Below are positions 1 to 11,169 of a stretch of 64,000 bases of DNA, piece by piece. This DNA comes from Octopus sinensis. Its lineage: Eukaryota. The stretch is from NCBI RefSeq assembly GCF_006345805.1, contig NC_043002.1:94116001-94180000 (forward strand), read 5' to 3'. The notes under the pieces are model-generated. The model had not been told where the DNA came from. It made no database searches and was given only the letters and a program-made list of their open reading frames with translations. Both the position numbers and the translations under genes were made by a program. Each line of letters starts with the position of its first letter. Position 1 is the stretch's first letter.

Positions 1-199
1 AACTCAGAGGATATTGACTTTTTTGAACAGAAAGTTGTGTTAGTCACAGAGGCAAAAAATATGGAAAGATAAAAATACTGGCCGTTAGAAATGGGAATAA
101 ATGAATTCTCTCGATGTTACCAGATAAATTTGGCTGCTATTTCGAGGAAAATGCTAGATTAGCGCTTAGCCAATACTGGTCCTTGTGTCATCGCTTCAC

Positions 200-600
200 G
201 TAGTGGGGGATGTGGCGGTAGAAACATATTGTCGGCTTTCTGTCACCTTTGATCTTTGATGGTGCATTTTGGAGGGGCTGTCACTGTGCGTATCGTAGTC
301 GCTTGGTAATTCAAAAATTTATGTAGTAAGACGGGTTTTCGACAACTCTGTGAAATATTCCTAAATGAAATATCAGCAACCCCTCGAAATGAGGTGGGAT
401 GCACTTGTATGCATCTATTCCGAAACGACTGTGATACCATCAGAATGATGAAGAATTCCGGCGAGAGCTGCAAAAACGCTTTCTCAAAAATTTCCGGCCA
501 CAAGAATTTGAGCGCAACTCCTCGAAATTCCCTTTCTGCTTACGTTTTACCAACAACGAACAGAAGTGTGAGCTGAGCGCCAACTACTAAGACCATACCG
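200..600 (+). pseudogene. Possible highly decayed hAT-like transposase fragment
   Basis: Manual translation across stops and frameshifts gives WRGCHCAYRSRLVIQKF (resembles the hAT CxxH-LxL motif) followed by KYQQPLEMRWDAL (resembles the hAT xRWxS motif). No TIR seen. Confidence 0.3.
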
Positions 601-1270
601 GTTTAGAAGGGCTGGAAAATATCAAGACCGCTGCTCATCCTTCTTCGAATAAACCAGTGACTTTTAACATTGGCATATTTCTAATTCAGGCATAAGGTGA
701 GCTGATTTTGAGGAAAGATGTTTGTCGATACCACTGACACCAGCACATGACTGGAACATGACTGGAATTTTTATAAACACTGGAAAAGTGAAAGCAAAGT
801 TGACTTGGGTAGGATTTGAACTCAGATCGTAAAGAGCCGGAATGCATAACGCAATGTATATTTTTTTGGCGCTCTAACTATTCTGCCTAATATTTGTTTC
901 TAATATAGGCATATGAACTGAAATTTTGGCGGGGTCGAGAGGTTTAGCCAATTCCATCAACCTGGGTCTATGATTCGTTCATTATTTTTATCGACCCTAG
1001 TAGGATGAAAGGCAAAGCAAACCTCAACAGAATTTGAACTCAGAAGACAGAAAGGTGGAAAAAATACCAGGTACTTCTTCCAACGCCCTATCTATTCTTC
1101 TTATCCACCCCAATTAAAATGATCCGTGAATGTAAAGCTTTTGCATTCTGTTATGAAAATTAATGGTTTAGTCAGAAAAAGAAGCTATGCAATAGGATTG
1201 AACTGGGATATATTACGTAGTAACAAACGAATTTCTTAATTACATAACCGTTCCTGTACACTATTTAGAT

Positions 1271-1542
1271 AGTGGAATTTGAACTCAGAACGTAGCGGCA
1301 GACGAAATACCTATTTCTTTACTACCCACAATGGGCTAAACACAGAGAGGACAAACAAGGACAGACAAACGGATTAAGTCGATTATATCGACCCCAGTGC
1401 GTAACTGGTACTTATTTAATCGACCCCGAAAGGATGAAAGGCAAAGTCGACCTCGGCGGAATTTGAACTCAGAACGTAGCGGGTGACGAAATACCGCATA
1501 GCATCTCGCCCATCGTGCTAACGATTCTGCCAGCTCGCCGTC
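1271..1542 (-). mobile_element. tRNA-type SINE family A (GGCGGCGAGCTGGCAGAAACGTTAGC head)
   Basis: Reverse complement of the recurrent consensus with A-box-like TGGCAGAA..GTTAG and B-box-like GAGTTCAAATTCC; partial second internal unit; more than 15 related copies in the window. Confidence 0.85.
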
Positions 1543-1729
1543 TTACGCTATTTATGGGGATGTTTATCGTTTCTATCAAATAAAAACACAATATCATTCT
1601 GTTTGATTGTGTTAGTTTCTTTGTGAATGTCTTCTGAAAAGTAATCCAGGGCAGAGCCTTCACCTGTGTTTGTTTCTAAAAGCATCATTCCTCTAAATGA
1701 TGCGTGCTAATATATGTAGTTACAGTTTT

Positions 1730-2167
1730 GGATCTTTGCGGTTTGAACGGCAGTTTTTTACATAATTTCTAGGTAACTAAAAAATTTTTAACTTCGTATA
1801 CTGGTAGAATGTGTTTATAAAACATCTTTTTCTCTTGGCTTTATTGAGAAAATTCTATAGTTTGTAAGATGTTTGTTGTTTTTTCTTCAATTTCTGCAAT
1901 TTCAACCAATCAATGACCGTCTATTGAGGTGAAAACATTCTGTGCCGTATGAATGTGTCCCTCGTTTATGAAACAGATTGGGTTTATTTACATTTGTGAA
2001 GAAAAAAATATACCCTTCCCCCCACCCCTAACCCTAACCCTAACCCCTAACTAACCCTAACCCTAAAATAGATTGAAATGCAATAGATCGATACTAGGAT
2101 CATAATTATGGGTGACAATTTCATATAACACCGCTAGAAAAAACTGCCGTTCAAACCGAAAAGATCC
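1730..2167 (+). mobile_element. TTAGGG-bearing MITE, copy 1 (Merlin-like termini)
   Basis: ~29-bp TIRs GGATCTTT(T/G)CGGTTTGAACGGCAGTTTTT / AAAAACTGCCGTTCAAACCGAAAAGATCC; perfect 8-bp TSD ACAGTTTT (1722-1729, 2168-2175); internal (CCCTAA)n at ~2026-2065. Confidence 0.9.
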
Positions 2168-2206
2168 ACAGTTTTTTCTCCCAGTTCAACTTTCTTACAT
2201 GTGCGT

Positions 2207-2290
<84 letters not shown>

Positions 2291-2796
2291 TACGCACGTG
2301 CGTTTGTCAGTTTGTATGACTGAATGTAAGAAAAGATGACCGTATTTTTATTTGGTCGACATTTTTATTTTTATTTGGGAACTATGTAACGTGTTTGTAG
2401 AAAATTTCATTGTTTTTCTGGAAGTTCTGAGAGAACAAAGTCAGTGGGGCACATTTCTGTTTGTATGCCCTTTGCTTTAACACAAATAATACTAACATTA
2501 CATTGTTACTAAGTATTATGTCGATATTGATAACACACGTACTGATTCAATTCCACTCTATTATTAGTAAATTTGTTATTATTTCCAACTGACTGTTTAA
2601 CCAAGTTAAACAAACAATCGATTAGTTAGTTGGATATTTAACCAATTGACTAATAATAAAGGAATGAAACTGAATTAGTGCTTGTGTAATTAGTATTGGC
2701 CTCATGACTCTCCCTAGACACAACAAAATTTGTTTCAGCACACGGATTCGCGTAAAGGATCTTGCAAACCAGATACAAAAAAAAAAAAAAAAAGAA

Positions 2797-3196
2797 GTCA
2801 GTGGCTGTGTGGTAAGTAGCTTGCTTACCAGCCACATGGTTCCGGGTTCAGTCTTACTGTGTGGCACCTTGGGCAAGTGTCTTCTACTATAGCCTCGGGC
2901 CGACCAAAGCCTTGTGAGTGGATTTGGTAGACGGAAACTGAAAGAAGCCCATCGTATATATGTATAGATATGTGTGTGTGAGTCTGTGTTTGTCCCCCCC
3001 CACGCCCAACATCGCTTGACAACCGATGCTGGTGTGCTTACGTCCCCGTAACTTAGCGGTTCAACAAATGAGACCGATAGAATAAGTACTAGGCTTACAA
3101 AAGAATAAGTCCTGGGGTCGATTTCCTCAGCTAAAGGCTGTGTTCCAGCATGGCCGCAGTCAAATGACTGAAACAAGTAAAGAGTAAAGAGAGTAA
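2797..3196 (+). mobile_element. tRNA-type SINE family B (GGAGTGGCTGTGTGGTAAGTAGC head, internal TA/TG microsatellite)
   Basis: Matches copies at 5323, 33636 and 40483; A-box-like TGGCTGTGTGG, B-box-like GGTTCAGTC; ends in GAAACAAGTAAAAGAGTAAAGAG. Confidence 0.85.
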
Positions 3197-3491
3197 ACTG
3201 AATGTTATATAATGTGAACAAAGAATATACTTCCTTCGTTCGGTTTGCCTCAAAAGGGTGACAATAATGTGAACGAGGCGAGCTTTTAATATAATTGCAT
3301 TTCATCTTATTGGTTTAATTTGCGCTTTCCGTTATTCATGTTTCAGCTTCATTTATGCTGCATGTCTTGCTAGCATTATTCACCCATGCATGCATATATA
3401 TATACTTACGCATATACTACAGGAATACATGATAGAATGGTATCAAACCAATGTAAAATACGCTATTTTAAAGATAGCGTGTTCGCACTAG

Positions 3492-3525
<34 letters not shown>

Positions 3526-3532
3526 CTAATAT

Positions 3533-4208
3533 ATAATAGAAATATTAAAATTACTAAGTCTCTCTAAAAGAGAACACGGCAGCGTTCCCGGAAAATATTA
3601 GTTATCGCCATACTAATATGGCATTCTTATAAAAATAAGAAAAAAGCTGACCGCTTATTAGCTCCATGAGGCCATCGCCTTAAGTAGCTATTTGATACAC
3701 AAACTGTATCCATATAACCTTTGAACAAGGGAGGTCAGTCGCTCCACACTACTTGGCCGGCAGCTACAGACGCGTTTCGGAGTATTGCCCCTTTTCAATG
3801 CAGCGTAGCCAAACCAGTAGGTGTCGCTTCCGACAATCTCTGTTCAAAGGTTTTATTTACCTAGCTTCGGTGGAATACATCCACTTGTTTTCAATAATAG
3901 AAATATTAAAATTACTAAGTCTCTCTAAAAGAGAACAACGGCAGCGTTCCCGGAAAATATTAGTTATCGCCATACTAATATGGCATTCTTATAAAAATAA
4001 AAAAGCTGACCGCTTATTAGCTCCATGAGGCCATCGCCTTAAGTTAGCTATTTGATACACAAACTGTATCCATATAACCTTTGAACAAGGGTTATATGGA
4101 TACAGTTTGTGTATCAAATAGCTAACTTAAGGCGATGGCCTCATGGAGCTAATAAGCGGTCAGCCTTTTTCTTATTTTTATAAGAATGCCATATTAGTAT
4201 GGCGATAA

Positions 4209-4215
<7 letters not shown>
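3533..4215 (-). mobile_element. Penelope-like pseudo-LTR module (direct plus inverted repeat)
   Basis: ~198-bp direct repeats at 3533-3731 and 3894-4091; 4090-4215 is a fold-back copy of ~3955-4080; a hammerhead motif lies between the direct repeats. Direct plus inverted pLTRs with minimal hammerheads are typical of Penelope-like elements (PLEs). Confidence 0.7.
3763..3804 (-). ncRNA. Minimal type I hammerhead ribozyme, U3-A8 variant
   Basis: Minus strand reads GCUGCA-UUGAAAA-GGGG CAAUA CUCC-GAAA-CGCG-UC-UGUAGC: 6-bp stem I, 4-bp stem II, self-complementary CGCG stem III, GUC cleavage triplet, and core UUGAAAA in place of CUGANGA. Confidence 0.7.
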
Positions 4216-4240
<25 letters not shown>

Positions 4241-4242
<2 letters not shown>

Positions 4243-4694
4243 TTCTTTTCGGTTTGAACGGCAGTTTTAAACATAATTTCTAGGTAACTAAAAAATTTTA
4301 AACTTCGTATACTGGTAGAATGTGTTTATAAAACATCTTTTTCTCTTGGCTTTATTGAGAAAATTCTATAGTTTGTAAGATATTTGTTGTTTTTTTCTTC
4401 AATTTCTGCAATTTCAACCAATCACTGACGTCTATTGAGATAAAAAACATTCTGTGCCCTATGAATATGTCCTTCGTTTAAGAAACAGATTGGGTTTATT
4501 TACATTTGTGAAGAAAAAAAGATACCCTTCCCCCCACCCCAAATCTTAACCCTAACTCTAACCCCAACTAACCCTAACTAACCCTAACCCTAAAACAGAT
4601 TGAAATGTAATAGAACGATACTAGGGTCATAATTATGGGTGACAATTTCATATGACATCGCTAGAAAAAACTGCCGTTCAAACCGAAAAGATCC
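4241..4694 (+). mobile_element. TTAGGG-bearing MITE, copy 2
   Basis: Same TIRs and body as copy 1; CCTAACC repeats at ~4548-4592; no TSD visible because the left flank is (AT)n. Confidence 0.88.
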
Positions 4695-4696
4695 CA

Positions 4697-5116
4697 GAGC
4701 TAAGTTATGAGATGAAGTGAAACCCTCAGCTTTGAATGGTGCTTGGAAAAATACATGGGCCAGACTGTATCCTTGACATTACAAGTTTTCCACTAGCAGA
4801 AAGTCTACATATAACTCGAAAAGATATTGTGACCCTTGCAAATGACGTGGAGTTTGAAGAATTGTTAGATTACATGGTTGAATTGTTAGTGACCCATAGA
4901 AAAAGCTGTGAGAGCGAGAACAAACTGAAAACTGATGAGAATACGAATTTTCCACCAAGTATACTTCAATTGATGGCACAGAATATTGTCAAAAGTTTGC
5001 ACGACAAAATTTTATTGACAACAACCCAAATCGTGAACGTAACATTAACATTACAAAAGGAGTTTACGATGAGACAAGTTCTTACACTGAGATATACGAG
5101 AAATGATGCACCGTAA
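4697..5116 (+). pseudogene. Tigger/pogo transposase C-terminal remnant
   Basis: DEVKPSALNGAWKN..PDC followed by RKDIVTLANDVEFEE..VELLVTH resembles the Tigger AWKKLWPxC / IVxLAxxxGFEE / VEELLxSH region; frameshifted. Confidence 0.55.
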
Positions 5117-5322
5117 ATATCAAACAACTGTGAATAAGTTCTTCACACCTCAAGCAGATGATTATGATGGACTATAAGATAGAAGTTAGCGCCCCTCATC
5201 CTCCCAGTAACTCTTATTCCACCACCTTAAACCGCTTTCCCGATTACACTGGTCAAACAGAATGTACCCTGTGGCTAACGTATTTCTCTTCAAATGTCTT
5301 TGTATATACTCTTTTACTCTTT

Positions 5323-5766
5323 TACTTGTTTCAGTCATTTGACTGCGGTCATGCTGGAGCATCGCCTTTAGTCGAGCAAATCGACGCCAAGAATTATTTT
5401 TTGTTAGCCTAGAACTTATTCTATCAGTCTCTTTTGCCGAACCGCTAAGTTACGGGGAACGTAAACACACCAGCATCGGTTGTCAAGCAATGCTAGAGGG
5501 ACAAACACAGACACACAAACATACACACACACACACACACACACACACCACACACACACACACCACACACACACACACACCACACACATATATATATATA
5601 TATATATATACATATATACGACAGACTTCTTTCTTTCAAATCTTATGTCACAAGGCTTTGGCCGGCTCGAGGCTATAGTAGTAAACACTCGACCAAGGTG
5701 ACACGCAGTAAGACTGAACCCGGAACCATGTGGTTGGTAAGCAAGCTACTTACCATACAGCCACTC
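5323..5766 (-). mobile_element. SINE family B
   Basis: Reverse complement of the family B consensus with internal (CA)n(TA)n. Confidence 0.85.
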
Positions 5767-5981
5767 CTACGCCTACTGTGTATGTTTGGAAACTGTTATT
5801 TTCATACATTTAAGTACTCGTGTTGCTTGGTCTTTTGTTTTGCCGTTGTTTTTCGTCTGAAAAAATGTCCGCCGGAAAGCATCTTAATATGAAACTCAAT
5901 GGAAAAATAAATTCCCCGCCACGAGATTTCTCGTTTCACAAGATTTTCAGGAAGGCATTATTTCCGTAACACGAAAAATCC

Positions 5982-6203
5982 GTGTGTACGTGTGGGGATG
6001 TGTGTACGTGTGGGGATGTGTGTACGTGTGGGGATGTGTGTACGTGTGGGGATGTGTGTACGTGTGGGGATGTGCGTACGTGTGGGGATGTGTGTACGTG
6101 TGGGGATGTGTGTACGTGTGGGGATGTGTGTACGTGTGGGGATGTGTGTACGTGTGGGGATGTGTGTACGTGAGGGGATGTGTGTACGTGTGGGGATGTG
6201 TGT
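5982..6203. repeat. 18-bp minisatellite (TGTGTACGTGTGGGGATG) x ~12
   Basis: Near-perfect tandem units read directly; followed by (GA)n to ~6345. Confidence 0.95.
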
Positions 6204-6213
6204 GTATGTATCT

Positions 6214-6246
<33 letters not shown>

Positions 6247-6252
6247 GAGAGA

Positions 6253-6299
<47 letters not shown>

Positions 6300-6540
6300 C
6301 AAGAGTGTGAGAGAGAGAGTGAGTGTGAAAGAGAGAGAGAGTGTATATATGTGTGTGCTTGTGACGTTTGTACAAAACAAGCCCGTACGCCCACCCCCCT
6401 CTGTTCAGTTACTCCCGCCCCCATATATTCCCGGGAACAGAAGTCTCATCAAAAAGGCCCACATATGCACGTACACCAAAAAATACAGTAAGCTAAATAT
6501 TTACTTGAGTTGCTGATGTTGGCAATACTGTTGCTGCTGG

Positions 6541-6669
6541 CCGGTGGTAGTGATGATGATGATGATTGAGGTGGTGGTGGTAGTGATGGTTGTGGTGAAG
6601 ATGGTGATGATGATGATGATGATGATGATTGAGGTGGTGGTGGTAGTGATGGTTGTGGTGAAGATGGTA

Positions 6670-6702
<33 letters not shown>

Positions 6703-6804
6703 GAGGTGGTGGTGGTAGTGATGGTTGTGGTGAAGATGGTGATGATGATGATGATGATGATGATTGAGGTGGTGGTGGTAGTGATGGTTGTGGTGAAGAT
6801 GGTA

Positions 6805-6837
<33 letters not shown>

Positions 6838-7273
6838 GAGGTGGTGGTGGTAGTGATGGTTGTGGTGAAGATGGTGATGATGATGATGATGATGATGATT
6901 GAGGTGGTGGTGTAGTGGTTTGTGGTGAAGATGGTAATGATGATGATGATGATGATGATGATGATTGAGGTGGTGGTGGTAGTGATGGTTGTGGTGAAGA
7001 TGGTGATGATGATGATGATGATGATGATGATTGAGGTGGCGGTGGTAGTGATGGTTGTGGTGAAGATGGTGATGATGATGATGATGATGATGATTGAGGT
7101 GGTGGTGGTAGTGATGGTTGTGGTGAAGATGGTGATGATGATGATGATGATGATGATGATTGAGGTGGCGGTGGTAGTGATGGCTGTGGGGAAGATGGTG
7201 ATGATGATGATAATGATGATGATGATGATGATGATTGAGGTGGTGGTGGTAGTGATGGTTGTGGTGAAGATGG

Positions 7274-7305
<32 letters not shown>

Positions 7306-7616
7306 GAGGTGGCGGTGGTAGTGATGGTTGTGGTGAAGATGGTGATGATGATGATGAGGATTATGATGATTGAGGTGGTGGTGGTAGTGATGGTTGTGGT
7401 GAAGATGGTGATGATGATGATGATGATGATGATGATTGAGGTGGTGGTGGTAGTGATGGTTGTGGTGAAGATGGTGATGATGATGATGATGATGATGATG
7501 ATTGAGGTGGTGGTGGTAGTGATGGTTGTGGTGAAGATGGTGACGATGATGATAATGATGATGATATGATGATGATGATTGAGTGGTGGTGGTAGTGATG
7601 GTTGTGGTGAAGATGG

Positions 7617-7648
<32 letters not shown>

Positions 7649-8870
7649 GAGGTGGCGGGGTAGTGATGGTTGTGGTGAAGATGGTGATATGATGAGATGA
7701 TGATGATGATGATTGAGGTGGTGGTGGTAGTGATGGTGTGGTGAAGATGGTGAGATGATGATGATGATGATGATGATTGAGGTGGTGGTGGTGTGATGGT
7801 TGTGGTGAATGGTGATATGATGATGATGATATGATGATTGAGGTGGGGTGTAGTGATGGTTGTGGTGAAGATTGTGACGATGATGATGATGATGATGATG
7901 ATGATTGAGGTGGCGGTGGTAGTGATGGTTGTGGTGAAGATGGTGATGATGATGATGAGGATTATTATGATTGAGGTGGTGGTGTAGTGATGGTTGTTGT
8001 GAAGATGGTGATGATTGATGATGATGAGATGATTGAGGTGGTGGTGGTAGTGATGGTTGTGGTGAAGATGGTGATGATGATGATGATGATGATGATGATT
8101 GATGGTGGGGTAGTGATGGTTGTGGTGAAGATGTGATGATGATGATGATGATGAATGATTGAGGTGGCGGTGGTAGTGATGGTTGTGGGAAGATGGTGGA
8201 TGATGATGAGGATTATATGATTGAGGTGGTGGTGGTAGTGATGGTTGTGGTGAAGATGTGTGATGATGATGATGATGATGATGATGATTGAGGTGGTGGT
8301 GGTAGTGATGGTTGTGGGAAGATGGTGATATGATGGATGATGATGATGATGATTGAGGTGGTGGTGGTAGCGATGGCTGTGTGAAGATGGTGATGATGAT
8401 GATGATGATGATGATTGAGGTGGTGGTGGTAGTGATGGTTGTGGTGAAGATGGTGATGATAATGATGATGATGATGATTAGGGGTGGTGGTAGCGATGGT
8501 TTGGTGAAGATTGTGCTGATGATGATGATGATGATGATTGAGGTGGTGGTGGTAGCGATGGTTGTGGTGAAGATGGTGATGATGATGATGGTGATGATGA
8601 TGATGATGATGATGATTGAGGTGGTGGTGGTAGTGATGGTTGTGGTGAAGATGGTGATGATGATAATGATGATGATGATAATGATGATGATGATTGAGGT
8701 GGTGGTGGTAGTGATGGTTGTGGTGAAGATGGTGATGATGATGATAATGATGATGATGATGATGATGATTGAGGTGGTGGTGGTAGTGATGGTTGTGGTG
8801 AAGATGGTGATGATGATGATGATGATGATGATTGAGGTGGTGGTGGTAGCGATGGTTGTGGTGAAGATGG

Positions 8871-8914
<44 letters not shown>

Positions 8915-9107
8915 GAGGTGGTGGTGGTAGTGATGGTTGTGGTGAAGATGGTGATGATGATAATGATGATGATGATAATGATGATGATGATTGAGGTGGT
9001 GGTGGTAGTGATGGTTGTGGTGAAGATGGTGATGATGATAATGATGATGATGATAATGATGATGATGATTGAGGTGGTGGTGGTAGTGATGGTTGTGGTG
9101 AAGATGG

Positions 9108-9139
<32 letters not shown>

Positions 9140-9201
9140 GAGGTGGCGGTGGTAGTGATGGCTGTGGTGAAGATGGTGATGATGATGATGATGATGATGA
9201 T

Positions 9202-9260
<59 letters not shown>

Positions 9261-9429
9261 GAGGTGGCGGTGGTAGTGATGGTTGTGGTGAAGATGGTGA
9301 TGATGATGATGATGATTATGATGATTGAGGTGGTGGTGGTAGTGATGGTTGTGGTGAAGATGGTGATGATGATGATGATGATTATGATGATTGAGGTGGC
9401 GGTGGTAGTAATGGTTGTGGTGAAGATGG

Positions 9430-9476
<47 letters not shown>

Positions 9477-9513
9477 GAGGTGCTGGAGGTAGTGATGGTT
9501 GTGGTGAAGATGG

Positions 9514-9554
<41 letters not shown>

Positions 9555-9841
9555 GAGGTGGTGGTGGTAGTGATGGTTGTGGTGAAGATGGTGATGATGA
9601 TGATGATGATGATGATTGAGGTGGTGGTGGTAGCGATGGCTGTGGTGAAGATGGTGATGATGATGATGATGATGATGATGATTGAGGTGGTGGTGGTAGT
9701 GATGGTTGTGGTGAAGATGGTGATGATGATGATGATGATGATGATTGAGGTGGTGGTGGTAGCGATGGCTGTGGTGAAGATGGTGATGATGATGATGATG
9801 ATGATGATTGAGGTGCTGGTGGTAGTGATGGTTGTGGTGAA

Positions 9842-9873
<32 letters not shown>

Positions 9874-9908
9874 GGTGGTGGTGGTAGTGATGGTTGTGGT
9901 GAAGATGG

Positions 9909-9949
<41 letters not shown>

Positions 9950-9986
9950 GAGGTGGTGGTGGTAGTGATGGTTGTGGTGAAGATGG

Positions 9987-10030
<44 letters not shown>

Positions 10031-10067
10031 GTGGTGGTGGTGGTAGTGATGGTTGTGGTGAAGATGG

Positions 10068-10114
<47 letters not shown>

Positions 10115-10251
10115 GAGGTGCTGGAGGTAGTGATGGTTGTGGTTGTGAAGATGGTGATGATGATGATGGATGATGATGATGTTGAGATGAGGTGGTGATG
10201 TTTGTGTTTGATGTGGTGGTGGTAGTGATGGTTGTGGTGAAGTGGTGATGG

Positions 10252-10280
<29 letters not shown>
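6541..10280. repeat. 3.7-kb higher-order GAT/GGT array
   Basis: Unit is the 42-bp core ATTGAGGTGGTGGTGGTAGTGATGGTTGTGGTGAAGATGGTG plus a variable (ATG)n tract; roughly 55-60 units (estimated from length). Confidence 0.97.
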
Positions 10281-10282
<2 letters not shown>

Positions 10283-10369
10283 AGCATGTTGTCTCGTATG
10301 TCATAGATATGTTCCGTTTAGCGAATAACTGTTTTTATGCTTGTCCGTCTGTCCTCCCTCACTCCCCCC

Positions 10370-10687
<318 letters not shown>

Positions 10688-11169
10688 ACCATCCAAAGAA
10701 GCCCTACTTACATAGGGTATATATATATATTACTTATTTTCTTTTGCGTGGCTTAGAGAAGCTACCACCTACGATAGATGAACGTCGACTCATAATACTT
10801 CGAACAAATTATAAACAACATTTTCTTTGAAAGGATATAACCGTTGGCACCATGTTCTTGGAAAACTATCCCACGTTCTAATTTATATCCGGATAGGACA
10901 CCAATTTTAGATGAAGAGCCAGCAATACACTTCAACTACTTATCGTCACCGACTGTGAATTTCCTCTGGCTCTTTCACACATATCATTTAGTTGGAATTC
11001 AACGAAATTTCCACTGAATGATAGCAACAGTTACATGCGCGTGGTGTGTAAAAAACGTGAGGTTTTGCGCAAGTACAAACAAACAGCAGCCATTTGCATG
11101 ATTTCCACGAACTTTTAATGTTCCAAATTATTAACGAGTGCTCTGATAATCGTGTAATTATAATAATTA

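Noticed and set aside
2026-2065. True telomere or chromosome-fusion site
   Set aside because: Short CCCTAA tracts occur at the same position inside every MITE copy.
5936-10287. Long ORFs (poly-Met/Val, HT, SP repeats) as protein-coding genes
   Set aside because: They are translations of tandem repeats that lack stop codons by composition; no splice or domain evidence.
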